A stretch of 64,000 bases of DNA. Source: Octopus sinensis. Its lineage: Eukaryota. Below, one piece after another: positions 25,215-40,606 of the stretch (position 1 is the first letter of the stretch; each line of letters opens with the position of its first letter). The notes under the pieces were generated by a model that saw only the letters and a program-made list of their open reading frames with translations, was not told the DNA's origin and did not search any database. Location: contig NW_021832375.1 in assembly GCF_006345805.1 (NCBI RefSeq), positions 124,001 to 188,000 of the forward strand, in the 5' to 3' direction. Both the position numbers and the translations under genes were made by a program.

Positions 25215-28204
25215 TAAAAAATGGAAGATAAAATTTCTGGAGGACTGGGTCGATGCCCATCCAAACCACATCCCTTTCTTCGTCCTCACTGAAACCCATC
25301 TTAGTAACCTCCACTTGGAAGCCGAGGTGAAAGTTAAAAATTTCAAAGCCATTCGTGCTGATCGTGCTGGCAGAAGAAAGGGTGGGACTGCCATTTATGT
25401 TCATGATTCATTCTCAACAGAAGCTATGAACATACTTTCCAATGGATACTGCGAAGCAGTCGCTGTATTCAGTCAAACCAACAACTTAACAGTAGTTGGG
25501 CTCTACAGACCACCCCAAACGCCCCTACCATGCTTCAAGGAATGCCTCAACAACATAAAGTGTTTCATTCAGCAGTGTCAACCTGACAACATTTTAATGA
25601 TGGGAGACTTCAACCTTCCCAGGGTTGACTGGTCTACAAACAGTCTGCCGCCAGGTTCTTCTCTCTCAACCCCTGACAGGGAGGCAGTGGAATCGCTTCT
25701 TGACTTCATGGATGACTTCTTCTTGTCCCAACTGGTACTCGAACCAACGAGATGTCACAAAAACGTCTTAGACTTAATTTTCAGCAATCACACTGATACT
25801 ATCCACAATATTGCAGTGGAGAAAACTCTACTCTCCGACCATGACATGGTTCTCTGTGATCTGAGATTTCACCGGCCAAAATGCAAAACAAATGTCATCC
25901 CTCCTGTTCATCCATTTGACACTATGGATTTCCACAATGCAAACTGGGAAGCGATCAATAATGATCTTGCACAAGTCGATTGGTCCTTCACGCACACATA
26001 CACACCCACTAACATCAAAAAGTCCTGGCAGTCATTTGTAGACACCATTACGAACATATGTGCAAACCACACCCCATTAAGATCTGCAAACAAATCTAAG
26101 TGTCGAATCCCTAGAAATAGAAAATATCTCATCAGGAAAATTAAAAGAATTAACAAAAAATCAACAAGCTGAAATACTGTCAACAGCAACACACCAACCT
26201 GACTGCCATCTCGTCGCTAGAGATTAAAAAACATAAACTCCAAAACAACATGATGTCTATCATCAATAGTCAGAGAAGAGCTGAAGAGGCCTGGGCCATT
26301 GAGAAGATCAAACTCAATCACAAAGTGTTCTTTTCATTTGCAAAAATACACAGAGTCACTGGTTCTACTGTTGGCCCTCTGATTGATGAAAATGGTACTC
26401 TTCAAGACAATGCCAAAACCATGGGAGAGATATTGCAGAAACAATACTGCTCTGTTTTCAGCAATCCTGATATGACTGATCTGGGCTGTATCAGTGATGT
26501 TACTCCCCAATACACTTTATCGGACATAACCTTTGGCGCTCCTGATGTCTTAGCAGCAATAAAGGAAATGAAGCATAATTCAGCAGTAGGTCCCGATAGG
26601 TTCCCTGCTTGTGTCTTGAAGATGTGTCAACACCAACTTGCACCCACTCGAGCCAATCTGTGGCGGAACTCACTGGATGCTGGATATATACCAGAAGACC
26701 TATCCCAGTTTGTATTCCCAGTTTTCAAAAAAGGAAACAAATCGCTTGCTGTGAATTACCGTCCAATCTCACTCACCTCTCATATCATTATGGTATCTGA
26801 GAGAGTGCTGAGATCGCGTATGACTCACTTCCTTGAGAGTCATGATATGCTGAACTCCAACCAGCATGGATTCCGTAATGGAAGGGATTGCCTGACGCAG
26901 CTACTGCATCATTTTGATGACATTTTGAGAGCCTTGGGAGAGGGTTCCAACACTGATGTCATCTACCTTGATTTCAGCAAGGCCTTTGACAGGTTTGATC
27001 ATAAGATCCTTTTGAGAAAGCTGTCCAATATTGGTGTCACTAGAAAGCTGCTACAGTGGATCAAGTGCTTCCTGTCTAACAGAACCCAACATGTTGTAGT
27101 CGAAGGAGTCAAATCCAGCCCAGCCAAAGTCAGCAGTGGTGTCCCACAAGGCACTGTGTTGGGCCCACTTCTCTTCATCATCTACATAAATGATATTACT
27201 GACACCATCAAACACAGTAACATCAGAACCTTCGCTGATGATTCCAAGCTCCAGAAGGTCATCAATGGCGTGGATGACCGAATAAGCCTTCAGTCAGACC
27301 TACTGGCTGTTGTCAAATGGGCGGAAAAGAACAACATATTGCTAAACGTAGACAAATTCGAACTGATCCACTTTGGAAGGGAGGACGCTCTGAAACTCCC
27401 ATACTCCCTTCCTTCTGGAGAAATTCTCATGGCATCCAACAACATCAGAGACTTGGGAGTAACAGTGGACAGCAACATAAGCTGGGCTACACATATAAGC
27501 AGCAAATTTGACATGGCCCGTAAAATGTGTTCCTGGATTCTCAGAACCTTCCAGTCGAGAGATTCCCACACCATTATCCTTCTCTTCTTCACTTTTGCCC
27601 GACCCCCACCTTGAATACTGTTGTCCACAGTGGTCTCCCTACACGAAACAAAATATTATGAGAATTGAAGCTCCCCAAAGGTCAATCACAAAAAAGATAG
27701 ATGGCATGTCAGACCTTGACTACTGGGGTAGACTAGAGAAGCTGAAACTGTATTCACTCCAACAACACCGTGAACGCTACATTATCTGTATGATGTGGAA
27801 AATATTCCATCAGCACTGTCCGAATGATGTTGGCATCACCTTCAAAATACATCCAAGGCTTGGACAACGTGCCATCCGTCCACAACAAAAATCTAAATCG
27901 CATCACATAACAACAATACGGCACAATTATTTCACCTCAATTGGACCCGCTCTCTTCAACATTACACCAGGACACGTCAAAAAAGAAACTGACCACACAA
28001 AATTCAAGAATTCTTTGGACAAATTCCTTCAAACAGTCCCGGACAAACCAGCCACACCCGGATATGTCTCCGCAAACAATAACTCTCTGCTCGAATGGGC
28101 CTTGGTGCCCAAATCCTGAATTGAAAGACTTCGCTAGGTGGTGCTATTAAGTTAGACATGGCCTGGGCCAATACTGGCCAAAACCTTTCTAAGTTATTCT
28201 AAGT

Positions 28205-28205
<1 letters not shown>
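25215..28205 (+). mobile_element. CR1-type LINE (family B), ORF2 with several frameshifts
   Basis: EN motifs VLTETHL, RADRAGRRKGGTAIY, MGDFN and SDHDMV; RT motifs YRPISLTS, YLDFSKAFD, PQGTVLGPLLF and FADDSK; tail TTCTAAGTTATTCTAAGTTA. Confidence 0.92.
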
Positions 28206-28291
<86 letters not shown>

Positions 28292-28597
28292 TATATATAT
28301 ATATATGTATGTATATGTATATATATATGTATGTATATGTATATATATATGTATGTATATGTATATATAGTACATACGCATTGAAGCTATACATTAGCGT
28401 CGTATTTATTACGTTCGCTATTTTCCAGTAGATATCGGTGCTTCGTTGTACCGTTTATTTACTTTAATGTATAACTTTACCCTCACGGGCTATCCTTTAC
28501 TGGAAAGAAATACTCTCGTATTGCATTACTATTTTCATTTATATATATATATATATACATACATATATATATACATACATACATACATATATAATAT

Positions 28598-28665
<68 letters not shown>

Positions 28666-28673
<8 letters not shown>

Positions 28674-28850
28674 ATTGGTGAATTGAAGAAATGGAGCTGA
28701 ACGCAGATTGAACAGAAATCGTTTTATTTCATTCTACACGTGTTTCGAAACACGTGTAGAATGCCTTTCGAAACACGTGTAGAATGAAATAAAACGATTT
28801 CTGTTCAATCTGCGTTCAGCTCCATTTCTTCAATTCACCAATAATGTTTT
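28666..28850. repeat. Perfect fold-back (85-bp arms) centred on the 3' half of a hammerhead-like motif
   Basis: 28666-28750 is the reverse complement of 28766-28850; the centre carries GAAAC-ACGT-GTA-GAAT twice. Confidence 0.85.
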
Positions 28851-29012
28851 AATTTCAATTATCCGCACCAACGCACGGTTGCAACGCCAGATGGTTGTAC
28901 CTCCAACCGTGCTGTTCACTGCTGTGATTTTTGCTACTAAGGTATCGGTTAAACTTTTGATTAATCTACTACAAGATTATTCATCTTTCTATTTCACATA
29001 TATATATATATA

Positions 29013-29059
<47 letters not shown>

Positions 29060-29198
29060 CACATATATATATATATATATACATACATACATACATACAT
29101 ATATATATTATATATATACATATATATATATACATACATACATATATATATACATATATATATATATTATATACATACATATATATATACATACATAC

Positions 29199-29229
<31 letters not shown>

Positions 29230-29252
29230 CATACATATATATATATACATAT

Positions 29253-29292
<40 letters not shown>

Positions 29293-29391
29293 TATATATA
29301 TATACACATATATATATACACTTATATACATACATATTTACATATATATATATATACACATATATACATACATATATATATATACACATAT

Positions 29392-29461
<70 letters not shown>

Positions 29462-29464
<3 letters not shown>

Positions 29465-32400
29465 ATTTTGTTTTTTATTTTTATCTAGTTTCAGCTCACG
29501 AGCTGTGGCCATGCTGGGGCACCGCCATTCGGTGTTGCTACTTGATTTTACTTCACGAATGCTTTTTAACAGTTGACATTTGGTGCATGAGAGAGTTTGA
29601 TGCAGCTGCCCTCATCTGCACCTCCTGCCGTGAAGTTGGTTCATCTGGGACACCTGACAAGAAGAGATCCAGTTTTATTTTAAAGACATCTGCATCAACC
29701 CCATGCAGGTCTCTCAGGTTCTTCAGGAGGATATTGAAGAGCTGTGGGCCTCGGAAGCCCAGGCTATCACAGTACCTTGTCCTACATCTTGATGGCAAAT
29801 TTGGTGTCCTTGGCATTATGCAATGGCACCCAGTTCTGGCATTTGTGTAACTCTCGATGCCAAAGTTTGGGACAAGACCCTCCAGGATCTTCCAGATGTA
29901 TATTATGGCATATCTTTCTCGCCTACGCTCTAAGGAATAGAGTCTTAATCTCTTGAGTCTTTCCCAGTAGCTTACATTCTGCATAGAGGCTATCTTCTTC
30001 GTGTAGCTTCGTTGGATCGCCTCCAGTTCTGTGATTAACTTGACACTGGATGGTAACCATAGCTGAGAGCAATAATCAAAGTGGCTTAGGACAAGTATCC
30101 TACAGAGGACCATCATGGTTTCCTGGTCTCTTGTTCTAAAGGTTCTAAGAATCCATCCGGTCAGCTGCCTACATTTCATTGCCAATTTAGCAACATGCAC
30201 AGGAAAGGTTGCATCATCACTCATGTAAATACCCAGGTCTCGCAATGATTGTGCCTCTGGGATTGCAATCCCTCCAGGTCCAGTGTATTCATTGGGTATT
30301 GCATTCAGTTTTGCATGCTGATAGCATAAAGCTTGAAACTTTTCAGCATTGAACTGCATGCTATTCTTTTCAGCCCACTTGTATATTTTGTCCAGCTCAC
30401 ATTGCAGGTGTTTAGTGTCTTCAGGGTTCTGTATTGCCTGTGAAACTTTTGTATCATCTGCATAACTTGTGATCGTGGCTCTCTGCGTGGCTGAGGGCAT
30501 GTCTGAGAGGGCCATTATGAACAGTAGTGGTCCCAAAATAGTGCCTTGTGGAACACCGCTCACTATTTGCGTATATACATGGAAGTGGCTACTACCACCT
30601 GACTTCTATCCTTCAGAAAGTCATGAAGCCATTCTCCCAATATTCTAACTATGCCAAGATCACGCAATTTGTGACATATCATTCCATGATCGACTTTATC
30701 AAAGGCCTTTGCAAAGTCGAGATATATGACTTCCATATTTGAGTAGTCGTTTCAGCACCCAGTCATAGTGTTGTAGGAGCTGAGTTAAGCAGCTTCTTCC
30801 TGGTCGGAAACCATGTTGGGTGTCAGGCAGCAAGTCATTTTCTTCAAGGAAGGTGATTAGTTTCTTTCTAACTATTCGTTCCATGACCTTGCTGATGTGT
30901 GAGGTCAGAGAGATAGGTCTGTATTTCTTGGCCTCCGCTCTGCTACCTCCTTTATGAATAGGGCATATTTTACCTTCCTTCAGTTTTCTTGGAAGTTTGC
31001 CAGCTGCAAGGAAGCTCTGAAAGAGGAACTGCAGTGGTCTTGCTAGGACTCTCTTACATACTTTTAGAAGGATTGCTGGGAATCCATCGGGGCCAGTAGC
31101 TGAGTTTGTTTTCATTTCATCTATAGCCTTTATTACATCGTCTTCCTTTATATTGATGTAATCAATCATCGTTGCCTCTGATTTTATATCTGCAGTGGTA
31201 AAGAAGTCAGTTGGATTGCTGACTTGAAAATGCCCTAGGGGTGGAGTGAAAATACTCTTGAATTGCTCATTTAGTATTTCACTTATCCTCATTGGATTTC
31301 CTGTAAGTGTGCCATCCTTTTCAAGGAGTGGCCCTATCCTACAGTGCACCGTAGCTGTTTCTTTGGCATACCTGTAGAAAGCTCTGGGGTTAGATTTTAT
31401 GTTGTCTATAGCCCAGGCATCTTTGTCTGCTCTTTCTTTTTCATGGGAGAGTTGCAGACATTTTTCGATTTCCAATAGTTTTATTTTCAGGCAGGACTTT
31501 TCACTGCTTTCAATTTGTTTGTTTAGGCGATTTGAAACTTTTGTACGCCGTCTTTTTAGAATATTCCTCTCTCTGGGGATTTTGTTCTTGTGTACAGTGG
31601 CCTTTCTCTCTGGGACACATTTGTAGCACATGGCTTGCATTACAGATATGAATTGTTGAAGTTTCATGTCGATGACTGGCAAGGAAAGATATTCAGGTCA
31701 GTTTTGTTTGAGGATCCCTTTCTCAATTTTTTTCCAGTTTGCCTTATGGAAGTTCAAGCTGAAAAGATTCTGAGAGTTTCTTGTAGGCTGCATGTCCATG
31801 CTTTCCTTTGGTCCGTACATGGTCAGCTCTACCATGTTGTGGTCCGAGAGTAGTGTCGGTGTCACTTTCACATTATGGATGAGATCCATATTATTTGTGA
31901 AGCAGAGATCCAGTATGTTACCTGCCCTGGTTGGTTGGAGTATTACTTGCTCCATGTACAGAGTGTTGATGAGGTTCAGGAGGGACCTCACCTGTCCTCG
32001 TTCGCATCGAGTCATTCCTGGGAGAGAAAGGCCCTCGGGCCATCTGACATTGGGTAGATTGAAGTCTTCCATAAGAAGTACATTTATGTGTTGTTCTAAT
32101 GTGACTAGAACTTCTATTTTTAAAAGTCAGTCTTCAAACTTGCCTACATGGCTTGGGGCATCTGGAGGGTGATATGTAGCAAATATAACAACACCAAGTT
32201 GCCTTATATGTACAATTAGTGTGTCACACACCGAATTTGTGTATGACAAAAGGACCTGGGGTGTGAGGTCCTCACGGATGTACATAGCAACTCCCCCATG
32301 ACTCCTTTCTTTTCTGTCGGTCCGTAGTAAAACATATTGTGGTATGTGTAATTCCGCATCTGCTATGTCCGGTTTCAGGTGCGTTTCCGTAAGTGCTATG

Positions 32401-32525
32401 CATAAGGCTTGATTGCATGCAACAAAGGCACTCAAGAACGGGATTTTTGTCCTGTTACTGAGTGTTAGCAGTCCTCTGATGTTCAGTAGGAGCATCGAGG
32501 TGATGTGTATACTGTTGCCGGTGGT
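29462..32525 (-). mobile_element. CR1-type LINE (family A), nearly whole ORF2, frameshifted, 5'-truncated in the ORF1/ORF2 overlap
   Basis: ORFs 32127-32663 (EN), 31698-32072, 30699-31682 and 29553-30563 (RT) are homologous to 57708-61004; A-rich tail at 29462. Confidence 0.93.
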
Positions 32526-32527
32526 AT

Positions 32528-32592
<65 letters not shown>

Positions 32593-32614
32593 ATATATAT
32601 ATACATATATATAT

Positions 32615-32705
<91 letters not shown>

Positions 32706-32929
32706 ATACATATATATATATACATACATATATATTACATACATATATATATACATATATATATACATACATATATATATATATACATACATATATACAT
32801 ATATATATATAACATACATATATATATATATATATAAAATATTATTAGAGACAAAACCACTATTTTGCAAAACAAACAAGGAAAGACTTAATCAATACAT
32901 AAAATTTTAATAAATAGTCAAAAAAACCG

Positions 32930-32972
32930 CCACTACAATCGTTTCTTGTCTTGATCGACAATCTTCAGGTGG
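32930..32972 (-). ncRNA. Minimal type I hammerhead ribozyme motif (family 1)
   Basis: Exact reverse complement of 36751-36793. Confidence 0.75.
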
Positions 32973-35900
32973 ACTTCCAATCTAAAAAATCAAAATTTTA
33001 AAAAATAAAAAAATAATAATTTTAAATAATTAAAGTATAAATGAAAAAATATAAGTATATAATCCATATATAACCTATATATAAACCATATCGAAAATAT
33101 AGACAAATTACCACGAATTCCCTAAAAAAAACCATGATAAAACAAAACTCTTAAAAACATATAACGATAAAATCTCCCTTTGCTAAACTCTATAACAAAC
33201 CTATAAAGTAATCCCCCTAACCTAAACATTCACACACAAATACACACACGTAAACCACAGACTCACGACTTATACACATACCTATACTAACTTATAAACC
33301 TCAATAAACACCAAAACCCACTCCCTCCCCACACAGACAAATTAACACATACATCCCAAAACCTAAATAACAAACCCATATACACATTCACACACAAACA
33401 CACACTCACACGCAAAACACTCACACACAAAAGATACATATACTCCCTCACATATACGCCTATACATACTCACTAAACTCGACATATACAACAATACTTA
33501 CACACCCACAAAAAACATTATATACATTTATGAGCTTTAACTCACCTTAGCAGCTCTAACAAACAACTTGCAGTAACCCAATCCCATTCTCTATGCCTAC
33601 CTCACTACTACACTATTCCATTCACAATTCCAAGCAACGCTAGTCCACCACCCGGTTATTCACGTGCCAAAACGAACACCACTCAAAAATTATGAATGAA
33701 ACAATGTAAAAAAATAACCAACACCTAAAATAGACAAAATACCACGAATTACCTAAAAAAACCATGATAAACCAAAACTCATAAAAGCATATAACGATAA
33801 AATCTCCCTTTGCTAAACCCTATAACAAACTTATATAGCAATCCCCCTAACCTAAACATTCACACACAAATACACACACGTAAACCACAGACCCAAGACT
33901 TATACACAAACCTATACTGACTTATAAACCTCAATATACACCAAAATCCACTCCCTCCCCACACAGACAAATTAACACATACATCCCAAATCCTAAATAA
34001 CAAACCCAAATACACATTCACACACAAACACACACACACGCAAAACACACACACACACAGATACATATGCTCCCTCACATATACGCATATACATACTCAC
34101 TAAACTCGATATATACAACAATATTTACACACCCACACTGATACAGATAAATAAATTAATTATACAATTAAAAACTCACAACCAATCTCATATACATAAA
34201 CACTCCTATGAAAACAACATTAAATACATCGTAATTAACCAGAATATCAAAAATAACAATATGACATAAGGATAAATCAAATACATACTTACAATTCAGT
34301 TACAAATTATGAAGTGAAATTAGATTCTTAGCCGTTAAAAAACCAAACAAAAATTACGTTACCATGGAAATAACTTATGTAAAAAAAAGAATACGCGCCA
34401 TAGAAAGTAAACGTCATTCATAGTATGAATGGAGAAATGTAATAAATGGAACTAAAAACTATATCCACGTAGCAAACCAACGCTACTTAAAAAAAATGAA
34501 ACCCACACCCATACAATGACAAAACTCCCCCCATACCCTATTTACACCCACATAGTAATCCCAATATATTCTTCCATACATGGACGCAAGTGCGTGAAGC
34601 ACATGAACATAATTAGTACGTACAACCCCTAATACACACTAATATATACGTATCAAGCTCGACCTCCACAGCGATAAGTTTACACCCACTCACACCCAGA
34701 TGGGTGAATTGCACAACCAGTGAATGCTCACACACACGGGCGTGATTACATTGTTGCATATATTGAGCCAAAATAGTATGCATATGTACATGTGAGGGGT
34801 ACACGTAAATGAAGTGAGCGTGTACCCCCTGTATTTATACCCGTGCGTGAATATACACATGGAGACTACCACACAGGTACAAATGTGTTTAGAAATGGGA
34901 GCCCCATCACTACACTTAATGTATACTCTCACCCATCCGCACGGATGTGTAAGTGTATCTCCGGTGTATATGTTGAGGCTTATATGTAGAGTTGTTGAAG
35001 GGAAAGTCGTTTAAATTGTGAATGATTGGGTAGAGTTGGTATGTACCCGGGTGGTGGACTAGCGTTGCTTGGAATTGTGAATGGATTAGTGTGGTAGTGA
35101 GGTAGGCATTGAGAATAGTTATGGGTTACTGCAAGTTGTTTGTTAGAGCTGCTAGGGTGAGCTAAAGCTCATAAATGTATATAATTGATTTTTCATGGTA
35201 GTTTTAAAGAATCCATTCATAATAAATTTTTTTAAGTAGCGTTGGTTTGCTACGTGGATATAGTTTTTAGTTCCATTTATTATATTTCCCCATTCATACT
35301 ATGAATGACGTTTACTTTCTATGGCGCGTATTCTTTTTTTTACATAAGTTATTTCCATGGTAACGTAATTTTTGTTTGGTTTTTTAACGGCTAAGAATCT
35401 AATTTCACTTCATAATTTGTAACTGAATTGTAAGTATGTATTTGATTTATCCTTATGTCATATTGTTATTTTTGATATTCTGGTTAATTACGATGTATTT
35501 AATGTTGTTTTCATAGGAGTGTTTATGTATATGAGATTGGTTGTGAGTTTTTAATTGTATAATTAATTTATTTATCTGTATCAGTGTGGGTGTGTAAATA
35601 TTGTTGTATATATCGAGTTTAGTGAGTATGTATATGCGTATATGTGAGGGAGCATATGTATCTGTTGTGTGTGTGTGTTTTGCGTGTGTGTGTGTTTGTG
35701 TGTGAATGTGTATTTGGGTTTATTATTTAGGATTTGGGATGTATGTGTTAATTTGTCTGTGTGGGGAGGGAGTGGATTTTGGTGTATATTGAGGTTTATA
35801 AGTCAGTATAGGTTTGTGTATAAGTCTTGGGTCTGTGGTTTACGTGTGTGTATTTGTGTGTGAATGTTTAGGTTAGGGGGATTGCTATATAAGTTTGTTA

Positions 35901-36750
35901 TAGGGTTTAGCAAAGGGAGATTTTATCGTTATATGCTTTTATGAGTTTTGGTTTATCATGGTTTTTTTAGGTAATTCGTGGTATTTTGTCTATTTTAGGT
36001 GTTGGTTATTTTTTTACATTGTTTCATTCATAATTTTTGAGTGGTGTTCGTTTTGCCACGTGAATAACCGGGTGGTGGACTAGCGTTGCTTGGAATTGTG
36101 AATGGAATAGTGTAGTAGTGAGGTAGGCATAGAGAATGGGATTGGGTTACTGCAAGTTGTTTGTTAGAGCTGCTTAGGTGAGTTAAAGCTCATAAATGTA
36201 TATAATGTTTTTTGTGGGTGTGTAAGTATTGTTGTATATGTCGAGTTTAGTGAGTATGTATAGGCGTATATGTGAGGGAGTATATGTATCTTTTGTGTGT
36301 GAGTGTTTTGCGTGTGAGTGTGTGTTTGTGTGTGAATGTGTATATGGGTTTGTTATTTAGGTTTTGGGATGTATGTGTTAATTTGTCTGTGTGGGGAGGG
36401 AGTGGGTTTTGGTGTTTATTGAGGTTTATAAGTTAGTATAGGTATGTGTATAAGTCGTGAGTCTGTGGTTTACGTGTGTGTATTTGTGTGTGAATGTTTA
36501 GGTTAGGGGGATTGCTATATAAGTTTGTTATAGGGTTTAGCAAAGGGAGATTTTATCGTTATATGTTTTTAAGAGTTTTGTTTTATCATGGTTTTTTTTA
36601 GGGAATTCGTGGTAATTTGTCTATATTTTCGATATGGTTTATATATAGGTTATATATGGATTATATACTTATATTTTTTCATTTATACTTTAATTATTTA
36701 AAATTATTATTTTTTTATTTTTTAAAATTTTGATTTTTTAGATTGGAAGT

Positions 36751-36793
36751 CCACCTGAAGATTGTCGATCAAGACAAGAAACGATTGTAGTGG
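36751..36793 (+). ncRNA. Minimal type I hammerhead ribozyme motif (family 1)
   Basis: CCAC-CUGAAGA-UUGUC(gaucaa)GACAA-GAAA-C(gauu)G-UA-GUGG: stem I CCAC/GUGG, 5-bp stem II, very short stem III, GUA cleavage triplet. Confidence 0.78.
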
Positions 36794-36969
36794 CGGTTTT
36801 TTTGACTATTTATTAAAATTTTATGTATTGATTAAGTCTTTCCTTGTTTGTTTTGCAAAATAGTGGTTTTGTCTCTAATAATATTTTATAATATTTTACT
36901 ATAAAATTGGATTTAATCCTAAATCTGATTTTTTTCCCTGTAAATTTGGATTTATTCCCTAATATTTAT

Positions 36970-37009
<40 letters not shown>

Positions 37010-37366
37010 TATATATATACATGCATATATATGTACATACTTATATATATATATATATACATACACACATATATATATATACACATACACACACATATAT
37101 ATATACACACACATATATATATACATACATACATATATATATACATACACACACATATATATATACACACATACACACATATATATATATATACATACAT
37201 ACATATATATATATACACACACATATATATATATACATACACACGCATATATATATATATACATACACACACACACACATACACATATATATATTTACAT
37301 ACATATACATAAATATACACACATATACATATATACACATACACACATACACATATATATATATAC

Positions 37367-37411
<45 letters not shown>

Positions 37412-37779
37412 CATATATATATACATACATATATATATATAAATAGATATATATATACATATATATACATACATATATATATATACATACATATATTATA
37501 TATATATATACATACATATATATATACATACTTATATATATACATGCATATATATATATACATACTTATATATATATATATACATACACACATATATATA
37601 TATATATATACACATACACACACACATATATATACACACATATATATATATATATACATACATACATATATATATACATACACACACATATATATATACA
37701 CACATACACACATATATATATATACATACATACATACATATATATATATACACACATATATATATATACATACACACGC

Positions 37780-37824
<45 letters not shown>

Positions 37825-38879
37825 TATACATATATATACATACACACATACACATATATATATATACATACATACATACTTATATGCATACATACATATA
37901 TATACAAACATACATACATATATATATACAAACATACATACATATATACATACATACATATATATATATATATACATACATATACATATATATTTATATA
38001 CATACATATACATACATATACATACATATATATATATATACATACTTATATATATACAAACATACATACATGGATCTCTTCCTGTCAGGTGTCCCAGATG
38101 AACCAACTTCACGGCAGGAGGTGCAGATGAGGGCAGCTGCATCGAACTCTCTCATGCATCAGATGGCGTTTGCTAAAAAGCTTTCGTGAAGTAAAACCAA
38201 GTAGCAACACCAAATGGCGGTGCCCCAGCATGGCCACAGCTCATAAGCTGAAACTAGAATCAATCAATCAATCAAACATATATACATATATACATACATA
38301 CATACATATATACATATATACATATATACATACATATATATATATACATACATATATACATACATACATATATACATACATACATATATACATACATACA
38401 TATATACATACTATATATATATACATACATATATACATATATATATACATACATATATATATATACATACTTATATATATACATGCATATATATATACAT
38501 ACTTATATATATATATATACATACACACATATATATATATATATATACACATACACACACACACATATATATACACACTATATATATATATACATACATA
38601 CATATATATACATACACACACACATATATATATACACACATACACACATATATATATATACATACATACTATATATATATATATACACACATATATATAT
38701 ATTACATACACACACATATATATATACATACATATATATATATATATACACACACACACATATACATATATACATACACACATACACATATATATATATA
38801 CATACATACATACTTATATGCATACATACATATATATACAAACATACATACATATATATATACAAACATACATACATAT

Positions 38880-38910
<31 letters not shown>

Positions 38911-39331
38911 CATACATATACATATATATTTATATACATACATATACATACATATACATACATATATATATATATACATACTTATATATATACAAACATA
39001 CATACATGGATCTCTTCCTGTCAGGTGTCCCAGATGAACCAACTTCACGGCAGGAGGTGCAGATGAGGGCAGCTGCATCGAACTCTCTCATGCATCAGAT
39101 GGCGTTTGCTAAAAAGCTTTCGTGAAGTAAAACCAAGTAGCAACACCAAATGGCGGTGCCCCAGCATGGCCACAGCTCATAAGCTGAAACTAGAATCAAT
39201 CAATCAATCAAACATATATACATATACATACATACATATACATATATACATATATACATACATATATATATATACATACATATATACATACATACATATA
39301 TACATACATACATATATACATACATACATAT

Positions 39332-39360
<29 letters not shown>
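36970..39360. repeat. (TA)/(CA)/(TACA) microsatellite block with two tandem copies of a CR1 family A 3' end
   Basis: GGATCTCTTCCTGTCAGG...AATCAATC at ~38069-38275 and ~39006-39210 (period ~937 bp, with similar flanking microsatellite). Confidence 0.85.
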
Positions 39361-39361
<1 letters not shown>

Positions 39362-39362
<1 letters not shown>

Positions 39363-40606
39363 AAGTCGATCATGGAATGATATGTCACAAACTGCGTGAT
39401 CTCAACATAGTTGGAAAACTGGGAGAATGGCTTCATGACTTTCTGAAAGATAGAAGTCAGGTGGTAGTAGCCAATGGTGGTAGGGCCACTTCCATTAACA
39501 CGCAAATAGTGAGCGGTGTTCCGCAGGGCACTGTTCTGGGACCACTACTGTTCCTAATGGCCCTCTCAGACATGCCCTCAGCCACGCAGAGAGCCACGAT
39601 CACAAGTTATGCAGATGATACAAAAGTTTCACAGGCAATACAGAACCCTGAGGACACTAAACACCTGCAATGTGAGCTGGACAAAATATACAAGTGGGCT
39701 GAAAAGAATAGCATGCAGTTCAATGCTGAAAAGTTTCAAGCTTTATACTATCAGCATGCAAAACTAAATGCAATACCCAATGAATACACTGGACCCGGAG
39801 GAATAGCAATCCCAGAGGCACAATCAGTGCGTGACCTAGGTATTTACATGAGTGATGACCTGACCTTTCGTGTACATGTTGCTAAATTGGCAATGAAATG
39901 TAGACGACTGGCCGGATGGATCCTCAGAACCTTTAGAACAAGAGAACAAGAAACCATGATGGTCCTCTGGAGACACTTGTCCTAAGCCACTTTGACTACT
40001 GCTCTCAGTTATGGTCACCATCCAGTGTCAAGTTGATCACAGAGCTCGAGGCGATCCAACGTAGCTACACGAATAAGATAGCCTCTATGCAGAATGTAAG
40101 CTACTGGGAAAGACTCAAGAGATTAAAACTATATTCCCTGGAGCGTAGGCGGGAAAGATATGCCATAATATACATCTGGAAGATCCTGGAGGGACGTGTC
40201 CCAAACTTTGGCATCGAGAGTTACGCAAATGCCAGAACTGGGCGCCACTGCGTGGTGCCTAGGACTCCAAACTTGCCATCAAGATGTAGGACAAGATTCT
40301 GCGATAGCCTGGGCTTCCGAGGCCCACAACTCTTCAATATCCTCCCAAAGAACCTGAGAGACCTGCATGGGGTGGATGCAGATGTCTTTAAAATGAAACT
40401 GGATCTCTTCCTGTCAGGTGTCCCAGATGAACCAACTTCACGGCAGGAGGTGCAGATGAGGGCAGCTGCATCGAACTCTCTCATGCACCAAATGGCAGTT
40501 GGTAAAAAGCTTTCGTGAAGTAAAACCAAGTAGCAACACCAAATGGCAGTGCCCCAGCATGGCCACAGCTCATAAGCTGAAACTAGAATCAATCAATCAA
40601 TCAATC
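39362..40606 (+). mobile_element. CR1-type LINE (family A), 5'-truncated, one frameshift
   Basis: ORFs 39377-39985 and 40033-40518; (AATC)n tail at ~40586-40606. Confidence 0.92.

Larger units (their letters stand above)
32838..36888. mobile_element. ~4-kb non-coding fold-back element, probably Penelope-derived, with a hammerhead at each end
   Basis: ~32838-34500 is the near-identical reverse complement of ~35215-36888. Each arm holds two ~430-bp subrepeats and shows strong CA/TG strand skew; spacer ~700 bp; no long ORF. Confidence 0.8.
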
